A DNA stretch of 63,050 nucleotides, filler included, from Parasitella parasitica NRRL 2501 (Eukaryota > Fungi > Mucoromycota): NCBI GenBank assembly GCA_025201805.1. It is 11 parts of 11 records of this genome, joined end to end, with 100 filler letters (N's around TTAATTAATTAA, not from the genome) between each part and the next. Parts side by side here need not be neighbours in the genome. Positions count along the whole stretch, not along the records: positions 1 to 30,200 come from MU619359.1; positions 30,301 to 38,539 come from MU619493.1; positions 38,640 to 40,291 come from MU619427.1; 8 more parts are not named here. One strand, written 5' to 3'. Shown in pieces: positions 26,232-40,390 of this stretch (position 1 is its first letter; every line of letters starts with the position of its first letter). Both the position numbers and the translations under genes were made by a program. Below the pieces are notes generated by a model. That model was not told the origin of the DNA and made no database searches. It worked only from the letters and a program-made list of their open reading frames with translations.

Positions 26232-29200
26232 GTTTAGTTGATTGTTTGTTAGAGAAAGAAGGTGTTTGTGGATTCAGAAACTTTTTCCTGGAGCTTTTAT
26301 ATGTCTTGATTTGTGACAGGGAGAACAACCCGTCATTTTGCTTTATAATACTCTGGAAGCACGCAATTTCTGTTCTCTCGTTTGGGATTGGCAAATGATG
26401 GCAACATTGAAAAAACCTACGGAGAACGGAGAAAAAACAAGTAGGGCCCTGCTCTATTGCGTGTATGTTTTCATGTCCAAGCATTTTGAAACGTTTGTTT
26501 TCGCTCGTTCAACAAGCTGAGAGCTAGCATTAGAACATGTTAAAATGACCCTGGGAAAAACAATAATTTCTTGTCCTACGTGCTACATCTTGTAGCTTTT
26601 GTTCGCTTTTTAGCTATGAAAACGGCAATATTGAAACAGCGTCTCATCGTGTTTGTCTTTGCGTAATATCCATAGAACTGTGCTTCCGCCCAAAAATAAG
26701 TTACCCACTTCTTACAAAAAAGATAACCAGCTCTTTGAGCTTTTATTTAAAATGAATTCCTTTCAGGAAGATGGTACAGGTGGAATCATAGATGCATCTG
26801 GAGAATACAGTTCTTCCAAAAAACAGGGCCTTACAAAAACACGAGATAAAAATGATCAAACTTGCCAAATAAATACAATTTCAGTAATAAGTGGATGGCA
26901 AATTTCAATATAGAGCAGTTTTAAATAAGCTTGATTTTCTGGAAAAGTATGAGTGAGATTACAGGTTTAGCTTAATGAAGGATGCTAATGCAATGCTAGT
27001 GACATGTACTAAAGTAACAGTTGAGTTTACAGTTTCTACACAAGCAAAAGGAATGTAATTCCAAACTTGTCGCCAAAAAGTCAGAGACAAGCATTTTGAT
27101 AATGTTTGGCTTCAATATAAATCGATTTCTCGATGTACAAAATAACATTGTTAACATGATTATAATGCATTATATGTTAATTCATTAATACTTTTTAAGT
27201 TTATTATCTACCAAACCTGTACTTCAACAACAACAAAGTTAAAATCAACGCTCAACAATTAAAATCAAGTTTTTGAAAATGGCGTTCAATTGGGATTTGG
27301 ACGCAAGATCTCTCATCAACTTGTCCTTATAATACTTGCTGTTAATTTTGAACGATGCAAATTCACCTGTGCCTTCATCAATTATCTGTTTGGCCTCCGC
27401 TAAGTTTACTAATAATTAAACGCAAATCCATACGTAGATTCCATATTGCCTTGTTTAGCTTGTGGGTTTTTCGTCTCTCCCTAATGAGCAATTACAATAA
27501 GACGAAAAATGCTGACCAAAAGACCCTAAAAACGGCCTCTAATAGAGGCGACCAGACTTTCGCAAGGTAGTCAGCTTCCGATATTCAGGCATATAATGGC
27601 TCGAATATACCGGCGACATGTGGAGCTTCAAGGGGAAGCTGCAGCAATCCTCGAGGACACAAAGCTCGTCATTTGTCTCTAACTTTTTTTTTGCCAAGCC
27701 AAGTATATGGTTCAAGTAATCATCATAGCCGTCTCGCACTTCTCCAATTCATCTGGTGCTAAGAGAACAACATTTACCAGATATTTAGCCTTGATGTTTA
27801 TTTTGGCATCATTATTCAATTCATCCATTTGTGAATCAACAAAGAAAAGTCTACGACAATATTCATTCCACATGTTGCAAAATTCCTGGACTTAAGATCA
27901 ATAACAGGTTTGCTTCGTGCCAATGATTCAATAAACGATGCTAATGGGGTATACATGATCGACCTCATCAAGTCCAAACGCAATTTTGCTGGGCAGGATG
28001 TAGGATGACCTCTTTTATTGCTGGTATCGAAATTACATTGTGGGAAAATCTGGCCGTAATTCATTGTTGATCCAGGGTCTGAGCTTCCTTTATGTGGGAG
28101 TAGCCGTTGCTGGCCTATTAGCGAGTATGTTTTAGTTAAAATGGTCTATTTGTCAAATAAATTCGCGCAACTACCTTTGTTTCGTGAATAATAGTTCCGT
28201 TTTTTTTAACTGCTTTGTCAACGCTCGGATTACCGAGTATTACCTTGAGTTCAGCAAAGAGTTTATTACGAATGGCATTAAATTTAGTTTTTGGATTTTT
28301 GTTTCATTGCCATTCTTTTTACAGGTCGATGCGTCATGCCAATAGTGGTGTTTCATAAAAGAAGTCTGAAACACCCACATTTTCAAAAGTATCATTGATT
28401 GCTAATATGTTGCTTTTATCACAGACTGCACCAAAGTATCGCAGAGAGTCAATCATCGTACACACCCAAGACCAACACATAGGGTTAATACCAGGATTTA
28501 TAGATTAAGAATATGAAATGAAGGGACATTATTGCATGCTTCAGTTATTCTATGTGCGAGTATTTTAGATTTCCATACGTTGTTTTTATCTACCTGGTTT
28601 CAGACTTCTTGCTTTCATCTATGGCAGGAGAAATTAGTCTATAGAAATTTATTGTGGACCTCTTCCACTTACCTCTTTTCTTAATTTGAGTAGCTTCTAC
28701 TGACGATACTCATTGGTTTGTCTACATTTTTGTGTTGAAGAAAACTTTTCACTTATAATTTAATCTTATATCCTTCAAATTTAGTTAGCTTTTTCCTTTT
28801 TCTTTATTTTAGACACATGGTAAGCAGTGGACTAGATAAAACGGGGTCCTTCCGATAAAAGATAAAAGGTTAAATGCAATCACAAATAAAGATCAGACTG
28901 TTCTTAACCAAATAATTAGCACTATGAATCTTTCAATTTATGCTATTCACTTCCCTGAATGCTTAATAGAGAATATAGACAAACACTACTGGTAACCCAA
29001 TGGAATGTTTCAATCTCAAAGTGATGAAAGAATGCCTGGTATCTGGACGTTCAACCTCAAAGTGGCTTACTAATTACACAGAAGCCCAGAAACATAGAAA
29101 AGGCCATGGGGAGGATCGTTCATTTCCAATCAAAAGATCTTCAACTACTAAATTCTACTCACCCAAACGACCGGGAATGTTCGTCTCTAACCTTAAAAGA

Positions 29201-30389
29201 TCATAGACTACCAATTTTCACCGCTTTTCTACTATGCCTCGCCATCTTTTAGATTTATCAATTCCATCTTTAAAAGACAAACTGTTTCTTTTTCTATTCG
29301 GATTCTATATGTATACGTATTAATCTTCTTTTTTTATGGAGAAATATAGCGAACGAATGTACCTTTACTAATTTGTTAGCTTATATCAGGTTTTTCAAAA
29401 TAATATTTTGTTTTTAAAACAATGAAGAATTAGTTTAACTTGAACAAAACGTCGCTAATATTAAAAATATAATACAAACCGACGGCAATACGTCCCCTAC
29501 TGTTTACTTCAAAAAATGGTTGCACCATTAAAGCAATCTGAATTTTCGCAAGTTTGTTGAAAAATTTAACCCGATTGACCAAGCTATAGCCGAACAGCGG
29601 TATGATAATCTTGTGCGTGCATCGTTTGGCAAGTCTGATCAAGAATGCTTGCTGACCGCATTTAAGCAGTGGAAGTCTTCTACCGAATACTTTTTATTTT
29701 GGTCTAACAGAAAGGTAGCCATGACGCAGGAACGAACAAAGCGGTTGTGTCAAGAATATGTTGCAATTCGAACATGATTTTTTTTTTTGGATGCAAAATG
29801 ACGGATTTTTTCGATTTTTTCCTTGTCACCATACATTCAAAATCATTAATTATGCATTATCCTCGACTTTGATCTCAAAAATGCAACTTTTATTATATTA
29901 TTTATTAGAAGAAAATAATCGTAAAAGATCATTCTTTGATCTGAAAGACTGGAAATGCGCTCTGATTAAGCAAAATATTGACTTTTCCGCTTGATCTGTT
30001 TTTGGAGTTTTCACAACAAAACTAATTCCATAACCATACGGAAATTATGAAATGATACCATCGTGTAGAGCGCCCAAAAATACAGCTATTATCATAGACT
30101 GGCAGCCGTGGTATGCATAGTACAAGAGGATGATATCTTGCCTCAAAGGAGTAATTTTTTTTTTAAATTGTCCAAATGGAGTTTCTGAAAGAATTTTTTC
30201 NNNNNNNNNNNNNNNNNNNNNNNNNNNNNNNNNNNNNNNNNNNNTTAATTAATTAANNNNNNNNNNNNNNNNNNNNNNNNNNNNNNNNNNNNNNNNNNNN
30301 GATTCTCACATTTTTCATTGAAGTTTGGACCAAATAGTCCAAAAAAGGAGATAAATTTAGCAGGGACTTCCCTTACATTTAATAATATG

Positions 30390-30945
30390 TTAAAGCCAGA
30401 GAAATACAATTATAGTCTTTCCACCTTTATTTTCGATTAAAAGAAAACTGAAGAAAAGATACATGATCTTTAAGAGAGCTTGTATTTATACTACTTGTAA
30501 AATTGCCTCGCTACAGTGAGAATGCTTATTTTACAGCTTATTTGAAGAATGACTTTTGTTGACATTCTCTCACTTGTATTGTAGTTGAGATTTCGATATG
30601 TTGGTATTGAAATTGATACTATGGTTTTGGGCAGGATTGTCATATTTGAGGATCCTGATTATATCTAATGCGACTGAGCTTTCCTTATTGTGTAATAAAC
30701 AAGCCATTTCTGGCAACTAGAATTATTGCAATTGTTTTGACAATTGCATTGTTTATACATGTTTAGAATTTGTTTATTTGTAATTATGAGTAGCGTTGTT
30801 CAACATTAGCATGTGCCAGGGTTGTAGGAGATTGTACTTTGATCAGGAGTGCAAGCCTCTACCAACACTTGTTAATGTTTACTTGTGCTTTTCATGTATT
30901 TCTTTCTTGGATGGATCAGCCATGATCCATCTGGATTTTATTTTA
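30390..30945 (+). repeat. Interspersed repeat family B (other pieces at 55786-56023, 57760-57885, 58730-58896)
   Basis: TATAGTCTTTCCACCTTTATTTTCG... shared with 55815 and 57782. TTAGCATGTGCCAGGGTTGTAGGAG... shared with 58760. Confidence 0.75.
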
Positions 30946-30949
30946 ATGT

Positions 30950-32120
30950 AATTGTGGTGCTATATAATAGGTGCCATTTCATTACAATATGTTACTAAAC
31001 CAGAAGACGAGTTTTGTACTCAAGGGCAGCATCAAGATATTGAAATTGGAGATTGTCATATCGTAAGTGATGGAGTTCCCTTAGAATCTTATGCATTCTT
31101 CCAGGACCAACAGAGTTTTGCATCAATGAACGTATTAAATTGACTAAAGAGGAAGATAGACGAGCCTTCAATGTAAGCAGAGCCGGAAAATCATTTTGCA
31201 CTCGAAGAGGCAACTGGCGAATGAGATTATTGTCATAACCAGTAAAGTTATGCTGGGCAGATTTGGAGCAAACGAAACGAGATGTCAGCATGTAAAAAGA
31301 GCTAGAAAATACAGTGTAAATACAATTAATGCGTTAATATTATAGCTAGCATAGCATAAATATAATTACTCTTTAATGTCAATCACTCGAAGAGCTTTAG
31401 GTATGAAGCCTTTGACATTGAGATGCCCGTTGCATTATTTAGGTACACTACAAAGTAGCTTTTTTCCGTTGCCTGTCAAATATTGTGGAAACCACAAAAA
31501 AATTCTACGTGTATATAGATCCTTATGTTTTGTTGCTCGATTCCCTTGCAGAGCAAAAATTGGACATGCACTGGACACCCAAAAGGTCCTGCCAACTGTA
31601 TATTCTGATGGAGGGTCGCCACGGTTGGCAGATCTTCCAAGTCTTTCAAGAATTGTTTTAGTCAATTCATCAACAGGACTACCTTCAACAATCGCAATAA
31701 ATTCTTCTCCTTCTCTTTCAATAGAGGCACAATCAATGTAAAGATCATCATTGTCCTCTTGGTTATCATCACTTTCCTCGTAGTCCAGAGGTTCAAAGGC
31801 GCCATTTTCGTCTTGCTTCTGGAGGGCAAGAAATCTGCATTACTTGCAGTTGAATTTTTCTTTATTGGAATGTATGAGAGGTTTGACACTTTTTAATTGT
31901 CTACGCTATGTTCACCTACCTCTGGAGAAAACGTAGACATACAGTTGAAGATTCATTAATACTTGAAAATTTGGTAGAATTGGAGTTTCCAGAGTAAATT
32001 TCATCTTCAGTTGATTTTTTTTTGAATGAATGCATCCATTCTTTTTTGCGATGCACCTTTTTTAGGTTTATTTTTAGAGCCTGCAAGACGGCCACGATCT
32101 TTGCCTGTAAATTTTGTCAT
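30950..32120 (-). pseudogene. Decayed, truncated transposon-associated ORF (DUF6729-like region)
   Basis: Fragments PPSEYTVGRTFWV...IFLWFP...LLC..C.GHLNVKGF...RVID and RFVC...FTGYD..LIRQLP..VQNDFPALLT...GP....LRELH. Contains stops and frameshifts. Family name is from recollection of the motif. Confidence 0.45.
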
Positions 32121-32566
32121 TGTAAAGAAATTTTAAAGATGTTGTCCAAAGTGGAGCTTTCGTAAATTTAAAGATTTAAGCGTTTTATATATATTTTGAA
32201 TCTTTTCAAGTGAGACAGTAATAAACCAAACCAACGCTTATTTAATACACTTTGTGTGCCCCTCGTTTTATGGGTTTTGGGACAGCGCATCACAATTGAC
32301 GATTGATGTTGTATTTCGTGATCCAAGAGATATGATGTTGATTAAACTATTTGAAACCCAATAACCTCGTTTTGAGCATTTTCATTGATCGTTTAGAATT
32401 AATTGCTCAATTTTATTGCTTAAAACCATTTCACATCATATGCAACAAATTGGCCTCTTTTTTTTATATAGCATTTGAACGCCCAAACATACATTTAAAC
32501 CCAATAACCTGTAATTTAGAGGATTAGAGGACCCCACTTACTGTATGAGCAGTGAGCCCAAGTTGA

Positions 32567-34330
32567 AATCTCTGATATCTTTACAAACTATTAAGCGATA
32601 GAGACACAATCTTCAGCCAAAATCTTGTTTTTATGCACCATTCTTCGTCATATCCGAGTTTTATGCACCTCTGACCATCTTTCAGATTTTGCTATGTTTG
32701 GGCCCAAACCTCATATTCGATTTTCAATTTTCAACTTTGGGTCAACCTTCAGGGTCATTTTTAGGTACGAATTTGGGGTCTAAACCAGGTATACAACCTA
32801 GTACTAGTACAATAACTGTATCTCATTACGCCTTTGGATTCTCTTTATCTATCTTTGCTGTCGAGATATTCCCAAAGAACCAGATTTTGTAGATTTTGCA
32901 GATTTTACAGCATATGGTCTTATAACAAGTACCAAATTTTGCAACTAAACCAAGTTCAAGTTTTTAAATAAAGTAATAAAGCACGTTCTTTTACACCTAT
33001 TAGTTTTAAAAATGTTGTATTTAAGCTCGAATTTGAAAAGCTTGAGCCAATTTTGTCTTTTTACGTTAAACTTTGTTCTCCAGATTCTCAACAAACCACT
33101 AAGACACTTTGGCTTGAGGCATTATTAAAATCTTTTTGAAACTTGATTCTCTAATAGATGTATTAGTTTTTAGATAAATATGTACAAAAAAATTTTTTTT
33201 TATATTTTTAGCAGTTGCTTGATTTATTTTCATAACTTTCAGAGCAGCGAATGGTATATAGAGATACATGATATAGCAATAAAAACATAGATATATGAAA
33301 TAGCTGCGGAATGGTTTTTGTTTGGTCAAAAAATGTCAATTTGTGAGCGAGATAATGGCGAAAAACGTAATTGAGTTCTACCCTTTTGGTAGGCTTCATT
33401 TTGGCCCTCTAAGCATAGGGACGGAAAATCGTAGATTCAACTTTCTCGAGACAAAATTTTGATTTTTGGCAGATATAATAAAGCTACAGTTGTGAATAAG
33501 ATATTGATGTATGTGCATTGAAATGATGGTTTGTTTAATCAAATTTATAGAGCTAGAAGTGCTCAAAATATGTTTCCTTTTACTCAAAAACTATCAAAAA
33601 TAGTGTTTTTTGAATATTTGAAAATTGCTAATAAGAAAAAATATTCCTATACCGTCGTAATCTATATGGTTGGATGCAGAAATTATTTTTTGTTATAAAA
33701 GACTTAGTACGCATATCCGATATACTTATTGCGTTTATGAGATATTTAGCAATGAACTATGCAAAAAAAGCTTGAAACTGGTTTGGGTCAGATGGAAACA
33801 CAGTGCTGAGATTCAATCTACAGGTCTTTTTTTCGCTTTGAATGAGTGCAACACATGTGTTCAATTGAAGAACAAAACCTGATTCTGATAGGTACCTTGC
33901 ACATATCTTAAAATGAATCGATAGCTGAGATACTGCACAATACGGGCTCGAAACCCATTTTTGCATACCTTTTTTTTTGGGTGAAATAAATACCACCAAA
34001 TCTGAAATATTACCTGTTTTCCCGCTTACAGGGTTAATTTACAATCTCTAAATAGCAAAATTTGAACAATAAACATGCGTGCATAAAACTCGGATATGTT
34101 GAAGGTTGTTTCTCTATCGCTTAATGATTTGTGAAGATATCACAGATTCTAGATTATGCTTTTAAGCGGGGAAAAAGATGAAGATCATGATTAGATGGCA
34201 TCTATTTTAACCAGACCATAAAGCTACATAAAAATAGCTTTTGAAGTCATACTTTACAGCAGCATCTTGGATTCATATTATTTATACATAACAAGATTGC
34301 TTATGGAGTTTGTGTTTTGCTCCTCAATTT
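32567..34330 (+). repeat. Repeat family A copy 2: one full about 1.48 kb unit followed by an inverted piece
   Basis: AATCTCT unit boundary at 32567 and 34043. 34050-34330 matches 57365-57680 directly, and its first part is inverted relative to the unit start. Confidence 0.8.
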
Positions 34331-34455
34331 AAATATACTGTAGTTGCTTCTATATATTAGCAGCGGTTAATTCTAGATCAGAAATATGTTGCCATTGAAG
34401 CCTGCGTTAATATCTCCAAAAATAATGAGTATAATATTACATCACTGTTTGCTAA

Positions 34456-37398
34456 TTTTTTTTTGTACAGTAGGTATGAAGATTTATTAAAATAAACTCA
34501 TAAAATTAAAAATTAATAAGGGAGCAGGTGTATTAAGAAAAGTGGCCTGTCTCGAGAAGGGGCAAAAATATTTTATTACAAAATTTTGAGAGCTGATAAG
34601 TGTCGCAAATTGACCATGGCACGATGCACGATGGATTGGTTGTCAGGGGCAACTGCCTCAAAATGATGTTGCCATTTGGCATGCCAGACAGAAGTCGGTA
34701 GACATGTAACCGCTTCGAAAACAGAAACTTTCGATTCGGAGTCCAGAAGACGGTATCCCTGTAGGTTTAACGACACTACATCTTGAGATACCTGATCCAT
34801 GTTCAGTGGACCAGAAAGTAAAAAGACCAAGGCAAAGTAGTTTTGCCAAGCATCTGCGTGAGATGGGCAAGTGAACAACATGTGGGCAGTAGTCTCACGA
34901 CCGCCACAGAAAACACACATTTTCATCCGGCAGCTTGATGATAAGCGGCAAATTCACCTTGGGTGAGACTTTGTTATGTAGTAAACGAAACCAAAGATTA
35001 CGCGCTGAGCTGGCCATCCGCGTATGGAGGAAGGAGGATATAGCAGTGAAGCGATGAACATTCAGCGCTGGGCGGTTGATCGGTGGGTAATCTCGCATAT
35101 ATATTGTTTGCAGCTGAGAATTAGTCATGAACAAGACCAATATTCCTTGGTAGATAAGCTTAGAACGAAGATACGGCGAGAAGTCAACACCACTGCCCGC
35201 GGCACTCAGAAAAGGGCCAGAGGGAGAAGACAAGTATACGTTGATAGACGAGATGAAGGACAGAGCACCCGAATTTACCGCTCGAAGAATCTGTGTCAAG
35301 AGGCCAGGGTTGGGACAGCTGCTTCGAGCTTTAAAGACTAGAGCCTCGGATAAGCGACTTGGTTCTAAGAAAGTGCTGGCTGGTTTTCGTCGTATCTGTC
35401 TGTGTTGAACAATGCTATGGGCAGCGTCATCCTCCTGTTGACATAGGGCAACGAGAGGGAAGTGCAGCAGCGCGTCAAAAGACAATTGGCTTTGATCCCA
35501 GGAATCATCAATATAAAAGGCATCGACAGAGCGCAAAATTGGGAGGAGGCAATGTAGGCCAGTCAAAGGCGAGCCCCAGCGAAAGTTCTTAAACAAAAAT
35601 GGTAACCGCACGTAGGGAGCCCCATATGTTACCTTTATGAACGTTGAGTGGAGCTTCAGGAAGAAACTAGGCAGCTGCTGCTCACCTGGGGTGTCTATCA
35701 GGAGAGCCCGGACATAACGCTGCTGTAGTATGTGTTGTTGTACAGTGCCAGACCACCATCTTCTTTGGGTAAGTAAATGACAGATTTCCTCATAGTCGGA
35801 AAGATCCTGTAGCATATAAATTGGTAAATCATGGAATATATCTTCCTGATAAAGGCCAAAGGGAACGCAGTAATCCTCAATACGTGCCAGAATCTAGCCA
35901 GGAACAAAGTATTGGCCATTTTTGCCGGCCGTACACAGAGATGTTACGCGTTAAATGGCGGTCGAGGGACGCTTGTAACTTGAGGATACTTTCTTTGCAA
36001 AATTTCGTCCTTTGGTGGACACCAAACCAGATGGGGTACCCAAGGTATTTAATATAGGACGCACTATTTGAATCGTGCCATTGGAATTGAAGGCGCTGTG
36101 AGAGGCAGAACAAATCTGGACGTACTATGAACCTGTCTCCTGAGAGGGGGAATGCGGCCGACTTATGATAATTAACCCTAGCATTGGATGCACGGCCATA
36201 GCATGAAATGTGATCCTGGATGGCCTGCATCTCTGCATACTGTTGACAATGACTAGTAAATCATCAGCATAAGCTAACAGCTTAATAGGAGCAGGAGACG
36301 GCACTTGAAGATCCGATGATTTGACGGTCTTGGTGTTTAAGGAGTACTCTTTGATACTGGGATCGTTTAAGATGGCTAGCAGTAGAGATTCAAAAGCAAA
36401 GTTGAAGAGCATTGGAGAAATGTAATCCCCCTGGCGTAGTCCCCGTTTCTGCTGTACAGAATCTGTCAAAACCCCGTTAACGTTAATCACTATTTGGTTC
36501 TTAAAGAACAAATTGCGAATGCTTGTGATGAATGTTGAGAGAAAACCAAACTTCTGCAGTGCTTTGCAAATGTAGTTCTCGTTGACATAATCATATGCTT
36601 TAGCGCTATCAATGGCTACCCCAAGAGCTCGATTGGAATATAGTTGAGCGTCTTCCATCCGAATTCGCAGAGCGAGGCCGTGATTGCCAATAAAGCGGTC
36701 AGGCATAAAACCCGCTTGTTGTTGCGTAATCACCTGATTGGCAGCATCAAGCACCCGAAAATTTAAAATTCTAGTGAATACTTTGCAATCAGTATTTATT
36801 AGGGAAATGGGCCTCCAATTGGCAAGATCCTTAAGGTCTCCTTGTTTTGGAAGGAGGATTATGCAAGTTTTCTGCCAAGAGGGAAGGAAGATACCAAGAT
36901 TTAAAGCGTCATTATATATTTGAAGAGCCAAATTCTGACACTCAGGGTGAGCCAAAAGCAAACATCGAAGGATAGGATATGGAAGTCCATCCCGCCCAGG
37001 GCTGCTGATCTTTGGACAACGAGTGGCAGATTGGAGGATATTATCGATATTTGTACGCGAGGTAATGAAATCCGCGTCCTCGACAGAAATTGCCTTCTGA
37101 ATTCCTCTAAGCAACTTATCCCTTGAGTACCTATGAATTGGCTCTGGGGAGTATAATGCATGATAGAAGGAATGTAACGCACCCAACTTGTCCGTTCTAG
37201 AGAAGCAAAGGGCGTTCGAGGTGGGGTGAATGAGAATGTCCATTTTTCGCTAAGCAAGGCGACCTTCCCCAGTCGCTTTCAGAAAACCTGCTGAATTCTC
37301 GTTGTAGTCAAGCCAAGGTCTAACCGCTTTTATGCTTGCATTTGGAGCTAGTTCATGTTCCAGATACGCTATATTATGGTCAAGCTTTGGAAGGTGTT
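34456..37398 (-). mobile_element. Decayed L1-clade non-LTR retrotransposon (RT plus C-terminal zinc finger), intact 3' end, 5' part lost
   Basis: WRPISLINTDCK, DSAKAYD, GLRQGD, LAYADD, IKYLGYP, CVFCGGRETTAHMLFTC. Many frameshifts. AATAAA at about 34483-34488 and A9 tail at 34456-34464 (minus strand). Confidence 0.92.
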
Positions 37399-38539
37399 CC
37401 ACTATGGCCTCGCCAATGTTCTCATAAGAATATAGATGTGCATGAACGGAAACATTTTTTAGAACCAAAAAAAGTGCTTATCGAGCTAGGTTAAGGCGAT
37501 AAATGTGCTCATGCGAGAACAAAAATTGAAACATCTTATGATCACATTTTTATGCTCAAATGAGCACATAAATTACTAGTTTCATAGGCTTAAAAATACG
37601 CTCAAAAGGCTTGAAAAAATGTGCTCATGAAGCGAAAATGTGCCCGTACACTCAAAAAAATGTGCTCAAAAAAGTAAAATTTGCGTATAAAAATGTAGCT
37701 TTAGCTTTTGTTTATTTCTCAATTTTTGTAGTATGAACCAGTAATTTATTATTGCTTTAATTTCATATCGTCACATACAGTATTGTCTTATTATGTAGCC
37801 TTTGGTTGACACAAGCAATGATGGAGAATAGTGCAATATTAGCTATTACCCTATTTGAAATTGAAGCAGCTACTGAGGTATCTGCTATATAAAAGAAAAG
37901 CGCGGCAGTAAAATAAATTTTGTTGACGACAATAACAAATAACCACCTACATTGATTGTGAAAAGAGATGATACACTAGATTATATATACAGTAATACTC
38001 GAAAAAAGAAGCAAGGAGGCAGCATCTTAAAAAAAAGTAGCAAGGTTTAGCTTCATAACTTCAAGAATCCAGGGCAAAAATGAGCAACAAACCTCTCATA
38101 TTATCGTATATGATCAGATACTGGGCACAAAATTATACCTGTAGCATTCCTAAATAATGGAAGAGATTTAGTTTTAGTGTATATTAATAAAGCAAAAAAA
38201 GCAAGCCAAAAAGTATTCAATGCTACCTTGACATTGACACCCAAACGAAGTAGTGCAAAAAAGTGATTCATACATAGTATTATCTTTAGCTATTGCCTAT
38301 ATTCAGTAGTAAAAGAAGTCAGTCATTTAGTTGCTACAAACAATTTAATGCACATAGCAATACCATGCTCTCATATGAAAGATTAAACTAAGCAGCGCCT
38401 CTATATATTATAGACAAAAGGATTAGTAGTTTGTTAGAATAAACTCGAATACATACCATGATAATAGCAAAGCACAACACAAAGCTATACTGCAAGCTGT
38501 TCCTTAATGAAAGAGAAGCTACAATTTCTTATGATGAAA
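37399..38539 (+). mobile_element. Non-autonomous TIR element starting CCACTATGGCC, copy 1 (interrupts the LINE)
   Basis: First about 700 bp nearly identical to 39531-40199. ATGTGCTCA subterminal repeats. An inverted terminus GGCCATAGTGG lies at 55775-55785. Confidence 0.65.
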
Positions 38540-38639
38540 NNNNNNNNNNNNNNNNNNNNNNNNNNNNNNNNNNNNNNNNNNNNTTAATTAATTAANNNNN
38601 NNNNNNNNNNNNNNNNNNNNNNNNNNNNNNNNNNNNNNN

Positions 38640-39357
38640 AATAAAGCTACAGTTGTAAACAAAGTATTGATTTGTAGGAATTGACATGATCGTTTGTTTA
38701 GTCAACTTTATAGAGTTGAATGTGCTCAGAATATGCTTGATTTTACTCAAAAACTATCAAAAATGGCGTCTTTTGAATATTTGAAAATTGGTAATAAAAA
38801 AAGGTGTTTCTGTAGCCTTGTAATATATATGGTTGGATGTAGAATTTAACTTTTGTCATAAAACACTTATAGTTCGCATATCCGATATACTTATTGCGTT
38901 TATGAGATATTTAGCAATGAACGATGCGAAAAAAAGTTCGAAACTTGTTTGAGTCAAATGGAAACACAGTGCTGAGATTCAATCTACAGTCTTTTTTTTT
39001 TTGCTATAAAGGAGTGCAACACCTATTCTCAATTTAATAAAAAAAAAGCACGACTCTAATGGATAACTTGGGTATGATGTTTCAATACGAATCAATAGCC
39101 GGAATACTGCATAATACTACGAACTCAAAAACCATTTTTATATACCTTCATTTTTGGGTAAAGTTCATACCACCAAATCAAAGACATAACCTTTTTTTTC
39201 GACGCTCAAAAGCATAATTTCCAATTGCTGCTATCCTTACAAACTATTATGCGATGAAAGTACAACTTTCAGCCAAAAGAATTTCTATTTGAACTATTCT
39301 ATATAACATCATATCCAATTTTCAAATATTTCTGATCATTTTTCAGATTTTGCTATG
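38640..39357 (+). repeat. Repeat family A copy 3 (partial)
   Basis: Colinear with 16484-17185 and 33478-34045. Confidence 0.8.
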
Positions 39358-39530
39358 AGTGTTATGTCAAAATAAGTCAGTAAAATGAATCTGCCAAAGA
39401 CTTAAACTTTTATTAAAAATACATCCTCTGAATATATTTATATAAACTAACATTATGTGCTAACGTCATTATACACAACTGTAACCAACATTTATATATA
39501 GAGCATGCGGTGTAAATCCCTTATTTACCA

Positions 39531-40199
39531 CCACTATGGCCTCGCCAATGTTCTCATAAGAATATAGATGTGCATGAACGGGAACATTTTTTAGAGCCAA
39601 AAAAAGTGCTTATCGAGCTAGGTTAAGGCGATAAATGTGCTCATGCGAGAACAAAAATTGAAACATCTTAAATGATCACATTTTTATGCTTAAATGAGCA
39701 CATAAATTACTAGTTTCATAGGCTTAAAATTACGCTCAAAAGGCTTGAAAAAATGTGCTCAAAAAAGTAAAATTTGCGTATAAAAATGTAGCTGTAGCTT
39801 TTGTTTATTTCTCAATTTTTGTAGTATGGACCAGTAATTTATTATTGCTTTCATTTCATATCGTTACATACAATATTGCCTTGATTATGTAGCCTTTGGT
39901 TCACACAGGCAATGATGGAAAACAGTGCAAGATTAGCTATTACCCGATTTGAAATTGAAGCAGCCGCTGAGGTATTTGCTATATACAAGAAAAGTGCATG
40001 AGTATAATAAATTTTGTTGACGACAATAACAAATAACCACTTACATTCATTGTGAAAAGAGATGATACACTAGATCATATATAATACTCGAAAAAAGAAG
40101 CAAAGAGGCAGCATCTTGAAAAAAAGTAGCAAGGTTTAGCTTCATAACTTCTAGAATCCAGAGCAAAAATGAGCAACAAACCTCTCATATTATCGTATA
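39531..40199 (+). mobile_element. CCACTATGGCC element, copy 2, interrupted at a TA by the CACTATTT element
   Basis: Direct repeat of 37399-38110. Similarity stops at ...TATCGTATA|CACTATTTCC (40200). Confidence 0.65.
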
Positions 40200-40291
40200 C
40201 ACTATTTCCGAAAATTATTGGTGCACTAACAAAAAGCAGTTTGGTGCACCAAAAAAAATCATTTTGAAGCAGCGACGAAAATCAGTTTGGT
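40200..40291 (+). mobile_element. Left end of the CACTATTT TIR element (runs into a gap)
   Basis: TA|CACTATTTCCGAAAATTATTGGTGCAC with TTGGTGCAC repeats; mirrors the end at 301-325. Confidence 0.5.
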
Positions 40292-40390
40292 NNNNNNNNN
40301 NNNNNNNNNNNNNNNNNNNNNNNNNNNNNNNNNNNTTAATTAATTAANNNNNNNNNNNNNNNNNNNNNNNNNNNNNNNNNNNNNNNNNNN

